DNA of 63,567 bases, filler included, from Octopus bimaculoides (Eukaryota), in NCBI RefSeq assembly GCF_001194135.2. It is 5 parts of 5 records of this genome, joined end to end, with 100 filler letters (N's around TTAATTAATTAA, not from the genome) between each part and the next. Parts side by side here need not be neighbours in the genome. Positions count along the whole stretch, not along the records: positions 1 to 19,867 come from NC_068986.1; positions 19,968 to 36,489 come from NC_069001.1; 3 more parts are not named here. The stretch is one strand, 5' to 3'. This document shows positions 12,391 to 24,898 of this stretch, piece by piece; the stretch's first letter is position 1, and each line of letters begins with the position of its first letter. The notes under the pieces were generated by a model. The model was given only the letters and a program-made list of their open reading frames with translations, had not been told where the DNA came from and made no database searches. The translations under genes were made by a program, and so were the position numbers.

Positions 12391-12548
12391 TGACTCCCGA
12401 CAATCATACAGCAATGAAAATTGCCACACCATTGTGTGTTGTTATTATATTGATTATTGCTGGTGTATCGATATATCTTATGTGGAAACGACATCACAAA
12501 ATGAGAAAGAAGACAGAAACGACATACTATGAGAACAAAGGATTCTGG
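12391..12548 (+). CDS. Coding exon (phase 1 to 0): juxtamembrane, transmembrane helix and start of the cytoplasmic tail
   Basis: cccttttcag|TG acceptor, TGG|gtaagt donor; IATPLCVVIILIIAGVSIYLMW followed by basic KRHHKMRKK and TYYENKGFW; phase-compatible with 8185-8523. Confidence 0.85.
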
Positions 12549-12764
12549 GTAAGTTTTCTTTCCTCTATATTGAAACAGTTGTATGACATATATATATATA
12601 TATATGCACAAACACTCATACATACATATATACATGTGTGTGTGTGTGTATATATGCACTATGCTCACACATATACACAATGTCCTTACTTCTGCTGACA
12701 TAATTTCTAATCTAATAATAGTTATTTCCCTTTAGTATATATTTTTATGTTACCATATAAAAGA

Positions 12765-12938
12765 GACGACGACGGCGATGACGTTGACGTTGATGACGAC
12801 GATGATGACGATGATGATGATGACGATGATGATGATGATGATGATGATGATGACGATGATGACGATGATGATGATGATGATGATGACGATGATGATGATG
12901 ATGATGATGACGACGACGATGATGATGATGATGATGAC

Positions 12939-12976
<38 letters not shown>

Positions 12977-13036
12977 CGATGATGATGATGACGATGATGA
13001 TGATGATGATGATGACGATGATGATGATGATGATGA
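12765..13036 (+). repeat. (GAT/GAC)n microsatellite running into a gap
   Basis: Direct reading; source of the poly-D/M/S/I ORFs. Confidence 0.95.
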
Positions 13037-13801
13037 NNNNNNNNNNNNNNNNNNNNNNNNNNNNNNNNNNNNNNNNNNNNNNNNNNNNNNNNNNNNNNNN
13101 NNNNNNNNNNNNNNNNNNNNNNNNNNNNNNNNNNNNNNNNNNNNNNNNNNNNNNNNNNNNNNNNNNNNNNNNNNNNNNNNNNNNNNNNNNNNNNNNNNNN
13201 NNNNNNNNNNNNNNNNNNNNNNNNNNNNNNNNNNNNNNNNNNNNNNNNNNNNNNNNNNNNNNNNNNNNNNNNNNNNNNNNNNNNNNNNNNNNNNNNNNNN
13301 NNNNNNNNNNNNNNNNNNNNNNNNNNNNNNNNNNNNNNNNNNNNNNNNNNNNNNNNNNNNNNNNNNNNNNNNNNNNNNNNNNNNNNNNNNNNNNNNNNNN
13401 NNNNNNNNNNNNNNNNNNNNNNNNNNNNNNNNNNNNNNNNNNNNNNNNNNNNNNNNNNNNNNNNNNNNNNNNNNNNNNNNNNNNNNNNNNNNNNNNNNNN
13501 NNNNNNNNNNNNNNNNNNNNNNNNNNNNNNNNNNNNNNNNNNNNNNNNNNNNNNNNNNNNNNNNNNNNNNNNNNNNNNNNNNNNNNNNNNNNNNNNNNNN
13601 NNNNNNNNNNNNNNNNNNNNNNNNNNNNNNNNNNNNNNNNNNNNNNNNNNNNNNNNNNNNNNNNNNNNNNNNNNNNNNNNNNNNNNNNNNNNNNNNNNNN
13701 NNNNNNNNNNNNNNNNNNNNNNNNNNNNNNNNNNNNNNNNNNNNNNNNNNNNNNNNNNNNNNNNNNNNNNNNNNNNNNNNNNNNNNNNNNNNNNNNNNNN
13801 N

Positions 13802-13836
<35 letters not shown>

Positions 13837-13974
13837 AACACATACCTATAAGTGAATGTGTGCATATGCTCGTGTGTGTGTATATATATATATATATATA
13901 AGCAATGTTAATTCTCTAAATGAAGTATTAACAGTAACTGCACGATAAAGTGAAGTGTATTGCCACTTAAGTGT

Positions 13975-14216
13975 GGCTGACCCCTAGGGGTGGATGTTAC
14001 TGTTGCTTTAGCCCCAGGAGGACATCTCCTCCAGGACATCTCTTCGATAAGCCAGCCTTGTCACACTCTGTGTCACGCTGAGTCTCCCCAAGAACTACAT
14101 TAAAGGTACACGTGTCTGAGGATTGCTCAGTTAGTTGCACGTTAATTTCACGAGCAGGCTGTTCCATTGATCGGATCAACTAGGGCACTCGTCGTCGTAA
14201 CCGACGGAGTGCCACG
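13975..14216 (+). mobile_element. SINE family B 3' half
   Basis: Reverse complement of the body seen at 4911-5100 and 44088-44270; tail CGTAACCGACGGAGTGCCAC. Confidence 0.85.
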
Positions 14217-14539
14217 ATACCCAATCAAATGAGTGCCTGTTCTCGCATCCTATATTATGTCCAGAGAGGCAAAACATCAATGAGGATTTGGAATCGATAT
14301 CAGTACATGGGCTGCTGTCATTGATATTACTCCGCTGTCTGACCTGGAAGTCTCCTCTGCTAACGTTTCATCATACGCACGTCCAACAAAGATCGATAAA
14401 GTCCACTAAAATATAGCCACCTTTCGGTAGAAAATAATTTACGTGAATCATTTTCATTCCCCTCTGACGAATACCCTGTTAAGCATGAAATTTATAGTCA
14501 TAGAAAAACAGTCATAATTATTTGTTATATCATAATAAT

Positions 14540-14730
14540 AAGGCGATGATCTGGCAGAATTGTTGGCGCACCGGTAAGAATGCTCAGTGGCATTTCGTCT
14601 GTCTCCACGTTCGAAATCCGGCGAGGTCGATTTTGCCTTTCATCTTTTCTGGGTCGATAAAATAAGTACCATTTGAGCACTGGCGTTGATGTAATCAACT
14701 TATCCCTTCCCCTTGCTGGCCTTGTACTAT
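14540..14730 (+). mobile_element. SINE family A copy (diverged)
   Basis: Family A head and body. Confidence 0.75.
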
Positions 14731-14749
14731 AATTTGAAATCATTATTAT

Positions 14750-15122
14750 AACAAAGCACTCAGAGAACGCAAGCTTCTGCCAAGGCAACACCAACGTCTT
14801 CTCAACGATTAGCCAGAGACGATTTTAAAACTGAGAATATCTGAAATAAACTCAACTGCTCTCACAAACGAGAACACTAAAAATTAACCCGACCCTTCTC
14901 AAAAATTAAGTTTAAAAAAAAAAAACAGGAAAAATAATCCAGAATCCTTGTCCGGTAACGGATTGGTCCCAAAATTGAATCACTTCGTGCTATTCACGTG
15001 GCCAAAGTTTCATCCGAATCCATCTAGCGGTTCCTGAGATATCTTGTCCACGGACAAACAAACAAGCAAACATGACTGTAAACAAAACCTCCGCCTTCGC
15101 TAAGCCGGAGGCGGAGGTAATA
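14750..15122 (+). mobile_element. HINE/DINE-like non-autonomous element (Helentron-associated architecture)
   Basis: (CAAA)n followed by 3' hairpin ACCTCCGCC...GGCGGAGGT; subterminal ACCTCCGCC seen in the second copy at 17303. Confidence 0.65.
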
Positions 15123-15610
15123 AATGCATATGTATACGTGCACACTAGTAAGAAGTCTTAAGAAAATCCGATTTGTCAAATAACTTCCAAACTTCATCTA
15201 AACCAGGTGTTAGTTTGATGGTTCAAACCACGTTAAGAAAATGTGCCACTGTTTATCGTCATTAAACTTAGTTCTTTTATTTTTATCATTGATGTGCATT
15301 TATTTATTACATAGTGAACGTGGTAACTGTACTGGCATTAGTAAGGGGTGGCCATATCGGTAGTAGTGTTGGTAGCGGCGTTAGTGCGCTAATGGTGGTA
15401 GTGCGGTAATGCAATAATGGCGGTAATGCGGTAATGGCGGTAGCCGTGAGAAAGTTGGGTGGGTTATCTGGCGTTTATTAACAACTTAGCTCAACTGCTT
15501 TCTGTTTATCCAAACTCTGGCATATGTCGGCCCGACTTCATTTTTCTTATTTTTTATCATCAGGCGTTTCATACATCTGTACACGTTCGTGTGTGCGTGC
15601 GCATATGTAC

Positions 15611-15664
<54 letters not shown>

Positions 15665-15959
15665 ATATGTTGTCCCAGTAGACCTTAAATATACTGAAAT
15701 ATATGAAGGTGCAGACGATAGCGGGGGGAAGGAAGTGGGGTGGGTGATGATAGTTAAGACAGTGATACGTTGGTGGCGACGGTGAAGGTTAGCATAACGG
15801 ACATGCTCAGGGTCATGTTGGTGGTGCTTATGGAAGTTACGTGAATTGTAAACATGGTCATATTTTGGAGATTTTGTTTGCAAAACATTTTGCATATATT
15901 TCTTTGTTCTTCTGTAGTTTTTTTATATGAACCGTCTTAGACTGTCTTTGTTCTTGTTT

Positions 15960-16235
15960 TATTCTTGTTGTTGTATAGTTATTGCAGTTGTTATGATTGT
16001 CATTGTTAATGATGATGCTGCTGTTATTGTTGTTGTTGTTGTTGTTGTTGCTGTTGTTGTTGTTGTTGTTGCTACTGCTGCTGCTGCTGCTACTGCTGTT
16101 AACTATTTTTTTTTCATATTGTTGTTATTGAAATCGTGACTGTTGTGGTTTTTGTTCTCCGTATTGTTGCTTACGTTGCTGCTGCCGCTGTTGTTGTTGT
16201 TGTTGCTGTTGTTGTTGTTGTTGTTGTTGTTGTTT
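15960..16235 (+). repeat. (GTT/GCT)n low-complexity tract
   Basis: Direct reading. Confidence 0.9.
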
Positions 16236-16427
16236 GGCGGCGGTTAATTAAATTATCTAATAATGTACTCGGGACGAAACAAACGAGATTGGTGAAAGAT
16301 CCGTCTGAAATGTTGCCAGTTGCAAGGAATTTATGTATGCATGCATACATGCATGTATGTATGTATGTGTATGTGTTTCAGTATGTTTCTATGTATGTAT
16401 GTTTGTATGTTTATACACACACACACA

Positions 16428-16477
<50 letters not shown>

Positions 16478-17302
16478 AGTATATATTCACATATATATAT
16501 GTACATATATACATATATAAGTATATATATATATATACGTATATATATGTAATATATATTTACATATATATGTATATATATATATATATACATACATATT
16601 TGTATGTTTGTATATATATATGTGTGTGTGTATACTTATGTGTCTGTATATATGTGCGACCGCCTCATTATGTTTGTGTGTATCTGTATTATACTTACCA
16701 ATAGTCATATGAGTGTATTTTTGTGGATGTGCTTATGTATTATGTATGTATGTATGTATGTATGTATGTATAGAACTGTATACAGACAGACAGACAGACA
16801 GACAGAGACGGGCAACAGACAGACAGTTATAAACACTTCTGTGTTAACAAGAGAGAAAGAGGAATATTCACTATTGGAAGTTGAAACAAAATATTATTTT
16901 GAGCTTCTCGTTGCCGTACTTCGGACGATTTTGAAAAATGGAGCTGGAATTTTAGTATATTGCAAATATACCGTAAAAATGTTCGAATACAATAATGAAT
17001 GCTAATAAGATACTGTGGAGCAACAGAATTTTATAGGAGAATCAAATAAAACTAAATTTTAAATACAAGAACGTATCTTCACGTGAATATTGAAATGATA
17101 TTTGTTTACAAATGTAGAGAACTAAATTTCTTTGAATGGTACTGGTTATTCAAATTTATTGAAGCTATGGTAAGGATTTCCGCAAAACGTAGATGTGGGT
17201 TCTGTACATTTATAAACAACTGTTTAAAGATTCCACAACAAAATTACCTTGGAAAACATTGAGTTGATTCATCAGGGCTACAATTAATCAACATTAAAAA
17301 TG

Positions 17303-17545
17303 AACAAGAGCACTCTGAGAGCGCAAACCTCCGCCAAGGCAACACCAACGTCCTCTCAATGATTATCCAGAGATGATTTTTAACATTAGAATATCTGGAA
17401 TAAACTCGACTGTTCTCACAAACTAAAAATGAACCCGATCGCTCTCAAAAATTAAGTAAAAAAAACAGGAAAAATAATCCAGAATCCTTGTTCGGTACCA
17501 AATCGATCCCAAAATCTAAATAGTTCGTGTCAGTCATGATGCCAA
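17303..17545 (+). mobile_element. Second HINE-like copy, 3'-truncated by a family C SINE
   Basis: Colinear with 14750-14990. Confidence 0.7.
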
Positions 17546-17880
17546 ACATTCCTTCTACTATAGCCTCGGGCCGACCAAAGCCTTGTGAGTGGATTTGGTA
17601 GACGGAAACTGAAAGAAGCCCGTCGTATATATGTATACGTATATATATATGTATGTGTGTGTATATGCTTGTGTGTCTGTGTTTGTCTCCCCCCCCCCCA
17701 ACATCGCTTGACAACCGATGGTGGTGTGTTTACGTCCCCGTAACATAGCGGTTCGGCAAAAGAACTTGATAGAGTAAGTACTAGGCTTACAAAGAATAAA
17801 TCCTGGGGTCGATTTGCTCGACTAAAGGCGGTGCTCCAGCATAGCTGCAGTCAAATGACTGAAACAAGTAAAAGAGTGAA
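17546..17880 (+). mobile_element. SINE family C, 5'-truncated, with internal (TA/TG)n
   Basis: CTTCTACTATAGCCTCGGGCCGACCAAAGCCTTGTGAGTGG...TGACTGAAACAAGTAAAAGAG. Confidence 0.85.
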
Positions 17881-18724
17881 AGAGCAGAGTAAAGCCCCTT
17901 GGCACAGATTGACCTTGAATTCTGCTGTACATGCGCACAAAGTTTTAACATTCTAACTTGCTTAGGCTGTTTACAGCAGGGCTTGGAAAGAACGTGTGTA
18001 GCGTGAGATCGTCGCATTGACAATGACAGAGAAAGTTGTCATGTCGACACTTGCTCAGAGGCCTACGCAAAGTTGCAGAAATTGCATAGAGAGGGGTTTA
18101 AGAGCAGCACACAAGTGCACGAGTTGGTCAGACGTTTCCAAGATGGCCGAAGAATGTTGATATTGACGAACATACTAGGAGACCTGCAACCAGAAGAACG
18201 GAGAAAAACATCGCAGATGTGCGTGTGACTATGAGGGGAAATTGTCGAATCACCATCCGTGAGTTATCAGAGAATGTGCAGATTAGTTACGGTTCAGTTC
18301 AGTCCATTATCACTGAAGATTTGGGTATGAGACGCGTGTCTGCCAAGTTTGCGCTAAAGCTGCTTTCAGCTGACCAAAGAGACATTCGGGTCTCAGTTGC
18401 ACAAGATCTCCTTGGCTGTGTCGAGAACGATGAAGACTTTTTTGACAACTTTGCACAGGCCTCTGAGCAGGTATCGCCAAGCTTTTGACAAAATTTGATG
18501 CAGATTCTCTGCTCAACTTTCTATGCCATGGTCAATTCGACGATCACACGCTACACACCTTCTTTCCAAGCACTGCTGTAAGCAACTGAAATAAGTTAGA
18601 ACGTTAAAACTTAGTACACATGCTCATCAGGGTTCAAGTTCAATCTATGCCAAGCGGCTTCACTCTGCGTGCTTTAGCTTCGTTTCTATGGTAACAGTCC
18701 GGATACTTATTGATCAGACTACGA
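17881..18724 (+). mobile_element. Internally deleted mariner with long (~170 bp) inverted repeats
   Basis: RITIRELSENVQISYGSVQSIITEDLGMRRVSAKF is a mariner HTH region; ~17885-18050 is inverted relative to ~18505-18670. Confidence 0.85.
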
Positions 18725-19020
18725 ATTGCAAAGAACGCTAGCAAGTATCTTACTGGGACAGATATCTACTTATAGAAAGCTCACGTACACTGTAGTGTTA
18801 GATATATTGTGCAGAGAAATAGAAGAATAACTACGATTGAAATATCTTCGATCATAGGACGGCTCGATCAGAGTTTGCTGGTGGTTTGGAATGAAAAGTC
18901 TATCGTCTTTGCTTATTATTTCAACTACTAGATATAAATGAAGGATTGGAGCGTCTATTGCGCTTTGGACATGTGATAATAACAGTCCATTGCTGTCCAG
19001 AACTGAAAGAAAAATAGCTA

Positions 19021-19060
<40 letters not shown>

Positions 19061-19115
19061 ACATGATTCTATGATTATCTGATATAGATATGTATAAATT
19101 GATAGACGCACAGAC

Positions 19116-19183
<68 letters not shown>

Positions 19184-19667
19184 CAGAAATAAAGTTCTGG
19201 AACTTGGGAGGATTATAAAAACAGCTATTTTTAACATAAGCATCACATGATGAGTAGCCCGGATATAGGATATGTAAATTAATTCGAAAAGTCAAGAAAG
19301 TCTTGCTTACATCATCGAGATGTTTATTTTAGCGCTTTTAAGTTTTCCATTTTCCTCAAAAATGTTTCGTAACATTTTCTGTTTCGTAATCGTTATTGTT
19401 TATGCTGTTAACTTTACTTTTTGTTTTTATTTCAGTCATCCTTTTTTACTTTACTTTAAACTTAGTTGACTTAAGTACTGATCTCACTTTATTTTCTTTC
19501 TTTCTCTTCCTTTTTTTTTTTTTTTGTCGTCGTCACAATGATGTGATTGCAGATTGGAATGATGGAAGGGCAAAGAAACTCTATGACATCATAATCACGT
19601 GATAAACTTGCTGACGCTGTTAGACCTTATGCATACATTCATATACATACATAGATATATGTAAATA

Positions 19668-19773
19668 TAATATATAAAAATATAATTTAGAGAAAAGAAC
19701 CAAAGTGACTGGATTTTCATGGATGAATTCATGAACTTTGGTTCTTTTCTCTAAATTATATTTTTATATATTA
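19668..19773. repeat. Hairpin with perfect 39-bp arms
   Basis: TAATATATAAAAATATAATTTAGAGAAAAGAACCAAAGT and its reverse complement at 19735-19773; a single-arm relative lies at ~39347-39390. Confidence 0.9.
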
Positions 19774-19911
19774 TGTACTGTGAAACTTAATTTAATTTTA
19801 ATTTTTGATAAATAGAATTTAATTGAGTTTTTACCTGTAAATTTGGATTTTTATCCCTAATATTATANNNNNNNNNNNNNNNNNNNNNNNNNNNNNNNNN
19901 NNNNNNNNNNN

Positions 19912-19923
19912 TTAATTAATTAA
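19912..19923. other. TTAATTAATTAA embedded in an N-gap (assembly artefact; also ~36534, ~39275, ~60767)
   Basis: Identical 12-mer flanked by ~43-44 Ns on each side at four sites. Confidence 0.9.
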
Positions 19924-19967
19924 NNNNNNNNNNNNNNNNNNNNNNNNNNNNNNNNNNNNNNNNNNNN

Positions 19968-20015
<48 letters not shown>

Positions 20016-20358
20016 TTTTAAATGTCAATATATATTACCGTATTTAGACAAAGAATCATGTTTATCAGGCAATTACGTAAACATTTAAAAAAGGAAAAGA
20101 ATTCGAGATTTAGCGGTGATAAAATAAAGGATGGTATTTCCACTGTTAAATAACGCGTCTGGGTATCTGTCGGAACGCTCTATCTATGATCTACAGGATT
20201 GGCGTTCTTATTTGCAATACACTTCATTCTAAAGGATATTTCCGTTGCTTGGTTTGTAATCAACATGAGGCTCACTACAATATTACTAACGCTACTATTA
20301 CTTCTAGAAATAATCACACAAAGCGCAGAACGCTTAGTTCCATTACTACTACTACTAT

Positions 20359-20389
<31 letters not shown>

Positions 20390-20589
20390 GATAATAATAA
20401 TATTAATAATAATAATAATAATATCTAGAAAAGCACTCGGAGAGCGCAGACCTCCATCAAGCAGCTCATTTCTACCCATATACACGCATGCTGAAAATCG
20501 CCCAATTTCCCAAATCAACGCCGGCGAAAACATAATCTCCTTGGCGGGTTTTTAAAAAATTACACAGCCATATGATTAAAAAAAAAAAA

Positions 20590-20900
20590 ATCTTAACCGT
20601 AGCCCATTCAAGCAGAGGGTTATTGTTTTCAGAGACATATCTGGATTTGGGTGGTTTATCTGGTATTTGTTGTGGGTAATCATCTAGGGATCGTTTGAAA
20701 GCCGTGAAGTCACTTTCCTCCTTTATGTGTGTCTGGCACGATCTTGAAGAGAGCAGGGCCAATTGAGGTGAAATAGTTCTGTCATAGCGTTGTGATACGA
20801 CACGGACATTTCTGTAGTGGACGGATGGTACGGGGGCCCAGCCTCGGACGAATTTTAAAGATGAGCAATGTTGATGGAATATTTTCGCCATCATACAGAT
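20590..20900 (-). mobile_element. Non-LTR retrotransposon (LINE) ORF2 C-terminal remnant
   Basis: HIKEESDFTAFKRSLDDYPQQIPDKP...NNNPLLEW resembles the FKR.LD..L..IPD.P end of CR1/L2-group LINEs. Confidence 0.6.
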
Positions 20901-21169
20901 GACATAGAGCTCGCAGCAGCGGTAGAGGGAGCAAAGCCTGAGCTTTTTGAGTCGATCTCAATAGTCAAGGCTTAGTATGTCATCCTCTGCAGACCTCTGC
21001 CAAAGCAGCTTATTTCAAAATAGATACGCGAGTAAGATTACTAATAGAGGAACGAAAATAAACTTTAGAAGCAGCAACGCCACCATAGGTTACGTGGAAA
21101 AGATGAACGTGTTTTCAAGGGAGATAAAGTACGTAATATTGTAATACTTCATGTAAAGTAAATATAACA

Positions 21170-21370
21170 AATGAAAAATCCTTCAATAATCCATAAAAAT
21201 TCCCGGATCATTACCAAAATTTCATCATCTGTTCCTTGTGTCCTTACCAACTTTTCCTGCAAGTTTCATCAAATACCGTGCACAATTTTTGAGGTATTAT
21301 GCACACAGTAGGACAGACGGACAAACCAACACTAATGAAAACATGACATCTTTTCTTGGCGGAGGTAATA
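21170..21370 (+). mobile_element. HINE-like 3' fragment, related to 14750-15122
   Basis: CAAGTTTCATC...GGACAAACC...GGCGGAGGTAATAA end. Confidence 0.5.
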
Positions 21371-21449
21371 ATAATAATAAGACTTCCAAATTTTTCCACA
21401 AAGACAATGATTTGATGCGAAGGGGATAAGTCGATTACATCGACCCAAG

Positions 21450-21782
21450 TGTTCATTATCATCAGCAGCAGTATCATCATCATCGGCGTTGTCGTCTTCG
21501 TCGTCACTATCATCCTCATCCTCACCATTATCCTCATCGTCAACATGACCGGCACGGGTTTTATTGTTTCCTTCTCCTCAGCAACAACAACTTCTACTTC
21601 TACTTCTACTGCTACTACCACTACCACTACTATGCGATTTCATTTTATGTTGTTCTTTCACTTCATTTCTTTTACTTCATATCATCATACGAGTTTTATT
21701 TTCTATTAAAATTTTATGTCTCCGCTTAATTTTTCTTACAGCAGTTACATTTAACACAATGACTCTATTCGTCATTAACAGC

Positions 21783-21819
<37 letters not shown>

Positions 21820-22170
21820 TAACAACAACAATGATAATACCGATATTTCTTTCTGCTGTAGGGAGAGGGGAGTAGTTGAGTAAATCGACACCAGTGTTTC
21901 ACTGGTATTTAATTTATGGAAGTCGAAAGTATGAAAGTCAAAATCGACCTCGGCGGCATTTGAACTCAGTTCGCCGCCTGAATAGTAGTATAAATAACAA
22001 CAACAGTAATAATAATAATAATAATAATAAATAATGGTGATCATGATGATGATGATGGTTATTATTATTATTAATACTACTACTACCACCACCACTACTG
22101 TTACTGCTACTACTACTGCTACTGCCACTACTACAACTACTAATAATACATAATGATCATGATGATAATG

Positions 22171-22202
<32 letters not shown>

Positions 22203-22387
22203 TACTACTACTACTACCGTCACCACTACTACTACTTCTAATATTACAACTGCTGTTCTTGCTACTACAACTACTACTACTGCCGCTGCTACCTCTACTA
22301 CTATTACTAATATAATAATAATAATAAATAATGATTATGATGATGATGATGGTTGTCATTATTATTATTATACTACTACTACTGCTT

Positions 22388-22424
<37 letters not shown>

Positions 22425-22960
22425 AACAACTTACTACTATGCGATTTCATTTTATGTTCTACTACTACTCCTACTACTACTCTTACTGCTGCTGCTGCTG
22501 CTACTACTACTACTACTACTACTCTTACTGCTACTACTACTACTACTACTACTACTACTATGTCATCTCTTGTTTGCCGTTGTCGTTGTTTCAGTTGGTG
22601 CGTCTGTTGATGTTATTGTTATTCATATTTTTCACATCTTTACTAAAATATTTTATAATTTTCATTGAAGTATATACATTTATGTGTGAGTTTATTGTTT
22701 TACTTGTTTTATTCATTGTTACCTTTTTTTATTGTCTTTCTTATTTTGTTAATATATATTTCCTGTATCTTTTCTCTCTTTTTATCTTTTATTTCTTTTC
22801 GTTTTCTTTGTTTCAAACACAAATCATTATCTTTGACATTTTTCTGCTTTGAAGAATGTACACAAACGTTTCTCAATAATAATAATAATAATAATAATAA
22901 TTACGATGATGATAATGTTAATAAAAACAACAATAATAGTAAAATACCAACAACAACTGG
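21450..22960. repeat. Compound trinucleotide low-complexity region (CAT, TAC, TAA, GAT, CTG) containing one family A SINE at ~21860-21980 (-)
   Basis: Direct reading. Confidence 0.9.
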
Positions 22961-23796
22961 AAAACAATGACAAAAACTAGGAAGAAAAAAAATTCAAGAA
23001 AAATGTATTCTTTTATTTCAAAAAAATATTCATCAACTTTTGAGAGATTTATAAAATGCCAAGTTTTAACCACAAATTATTATGTCTGGTTTGTTAGGTG
23101 CTTACGTCAAAGAAAAGAATATGCTTTATCATTGGAGATTAGAGTAACATTTCAGAAATAGAATCGCTATGAATAATGAAGTAGAAATCTTTACAAAATC
23201 AAAACGGAAAAAAAAAATAACGATATTAAAATATTTTATTCATGTATAAAATATATTTGTAGCTTTTCAAAGTCAGAGACGGCCGACACTAGAGTCTCTT
23301 TGATTGCCATCAAGCTGTAAATAACTATTATGAAATGGCGGTATAAAAACAATAAAAAAATATACCTTTTCCGTGTAAACATCGAAAACATTGCATAGTT
23401 AATGAGTAGATTTTTACTGTGTTACATCGGGTTCGAATCCTGCAAAGTCTATTAAAATTTCATTTTCTGTGTTTATTTGCATCGTAATAGACAAACCATT
23501 TACAGGGCCCCCACGTTGGCAGAACCATTGACAGGCCACGTTATATACTTAGGGGCATTTCCTTTGTCTTTACGTTCTGAGTTCAAATTCTACCCAGGTC
23601 GACTTTATCTCTCACCGTTTCAACCACAAAAATTTAAGTACCAGGGGTCGGTGTAAAAGACTTAACCGCTCCCACTAAATTACTGTCGTTGTGCCAAAAT
23701 TTGAAACGAATACAGAAACAACTTATGATTCGTTAGCGAACGGAAACATGCTGAAATTTTGACAAATATCAACTACCTCATATCGTCTAGAGCATT

Positions 23797-23873
23797 AGTT
23801 CTCAATCGGAGATCCGAGGACACCTGGTGGTCCACAAAATTAATACTGGATGTCCATGAACAAAATTAAAAAT

Positions 23874-23911
<38 letters not shown>

Positions 23912-23970
23912 ATAAGCCTATTAAAGGGGGTTCGTGGGAAAGTTCATTTAAATAAAAAGGTTGGGAACCC
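23797..23970. mobile_element. Possible hAT-type MITE
   Basis: Degenerate ends TAGTTCTCAA / AAAGGTTGGGAACC. Confidence 0.4.
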
Positions 23971-24839
23971 TTCAATTATAGCTCCCTTTTTGCGTTTCTT
24001 TGACGGCATTTGAATGCAGAAGTATGGTAAATATTATTTTATACGGTCTTGGTTAAATACCTGACGGAAAGAGAATCTGCTGTAAAAGTCGCGATTCTAT
24101 GGCATCGATGTGGCATAATCGGTAGCGCGCCGAGAAAGATAATTTGTAGCATTCCGTCTGTCTTCTTGTTGTGAGTTCAAATGCCGCCGGGATCGACTTT
24201 GCCTTTTATCATTCCGGGGTCGACAAATTAAAAAATGCCCTCTTCCTCGAAATTGATCTTGTACCAAAATTTGTAACCAATGTTACATACCAGGCTTTTG
24301 TTACTATTTACTGTTGAGCGACATTCCTTAATGCAGTGATTCACAAAGTTCCAAGTGGCAATTCCTAAAATCTCGTCCCACAAAATAATCAAAATTGCCC
24401 TTTTTATTATTGAGAAGATAGAATAGAATTCCCATACATCGTTCATCATTGTGAGAAATGATTTTTGGTAAAGTGTTAACAGTTTAAACCAAATGTTAAT
24501 TCATTATGATAAATCGTTATTTTCACTGTGAACAGCGAGATCTAAAATGACGACTTTCGCATATTTATACTTAACACGTTAAAACAGTGTCGGCAGCATC
24601 ATGCTGATCGCTTATGTGTACGTCACATGAAAATGACTTTTGCTTTTACGATTTTATTGTAGCAAAACAAAATAGAAAATAAAAACAATCGACTCATTAG
24701 CGCTGAAGATTCTGTAGCACCGTTGTTTCGATAAGTTTTATCTCTTCAAACAGTTCTCCCGGTCATTTGAATCTAAACGATTACGATGCTTGTAATTAGT
24801 GCTGCTATCTGTACAATGAACAGGAGATCCTATATATAC

Positions 24840-24898
<59 letters not shown>

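Noticed and set aside
12722-13901. 350-380 aa ORFs (poly-D, poly-M, poly-S, poly-I)
   Set aside because: (GAT)n microsatellite plus an N-gap; open in several frames on both strands with no splice context.
21449-22852. Hydrophobic ORFs that look like membrane proteins
   Set aside because: Derived from trinucleotide repeats.
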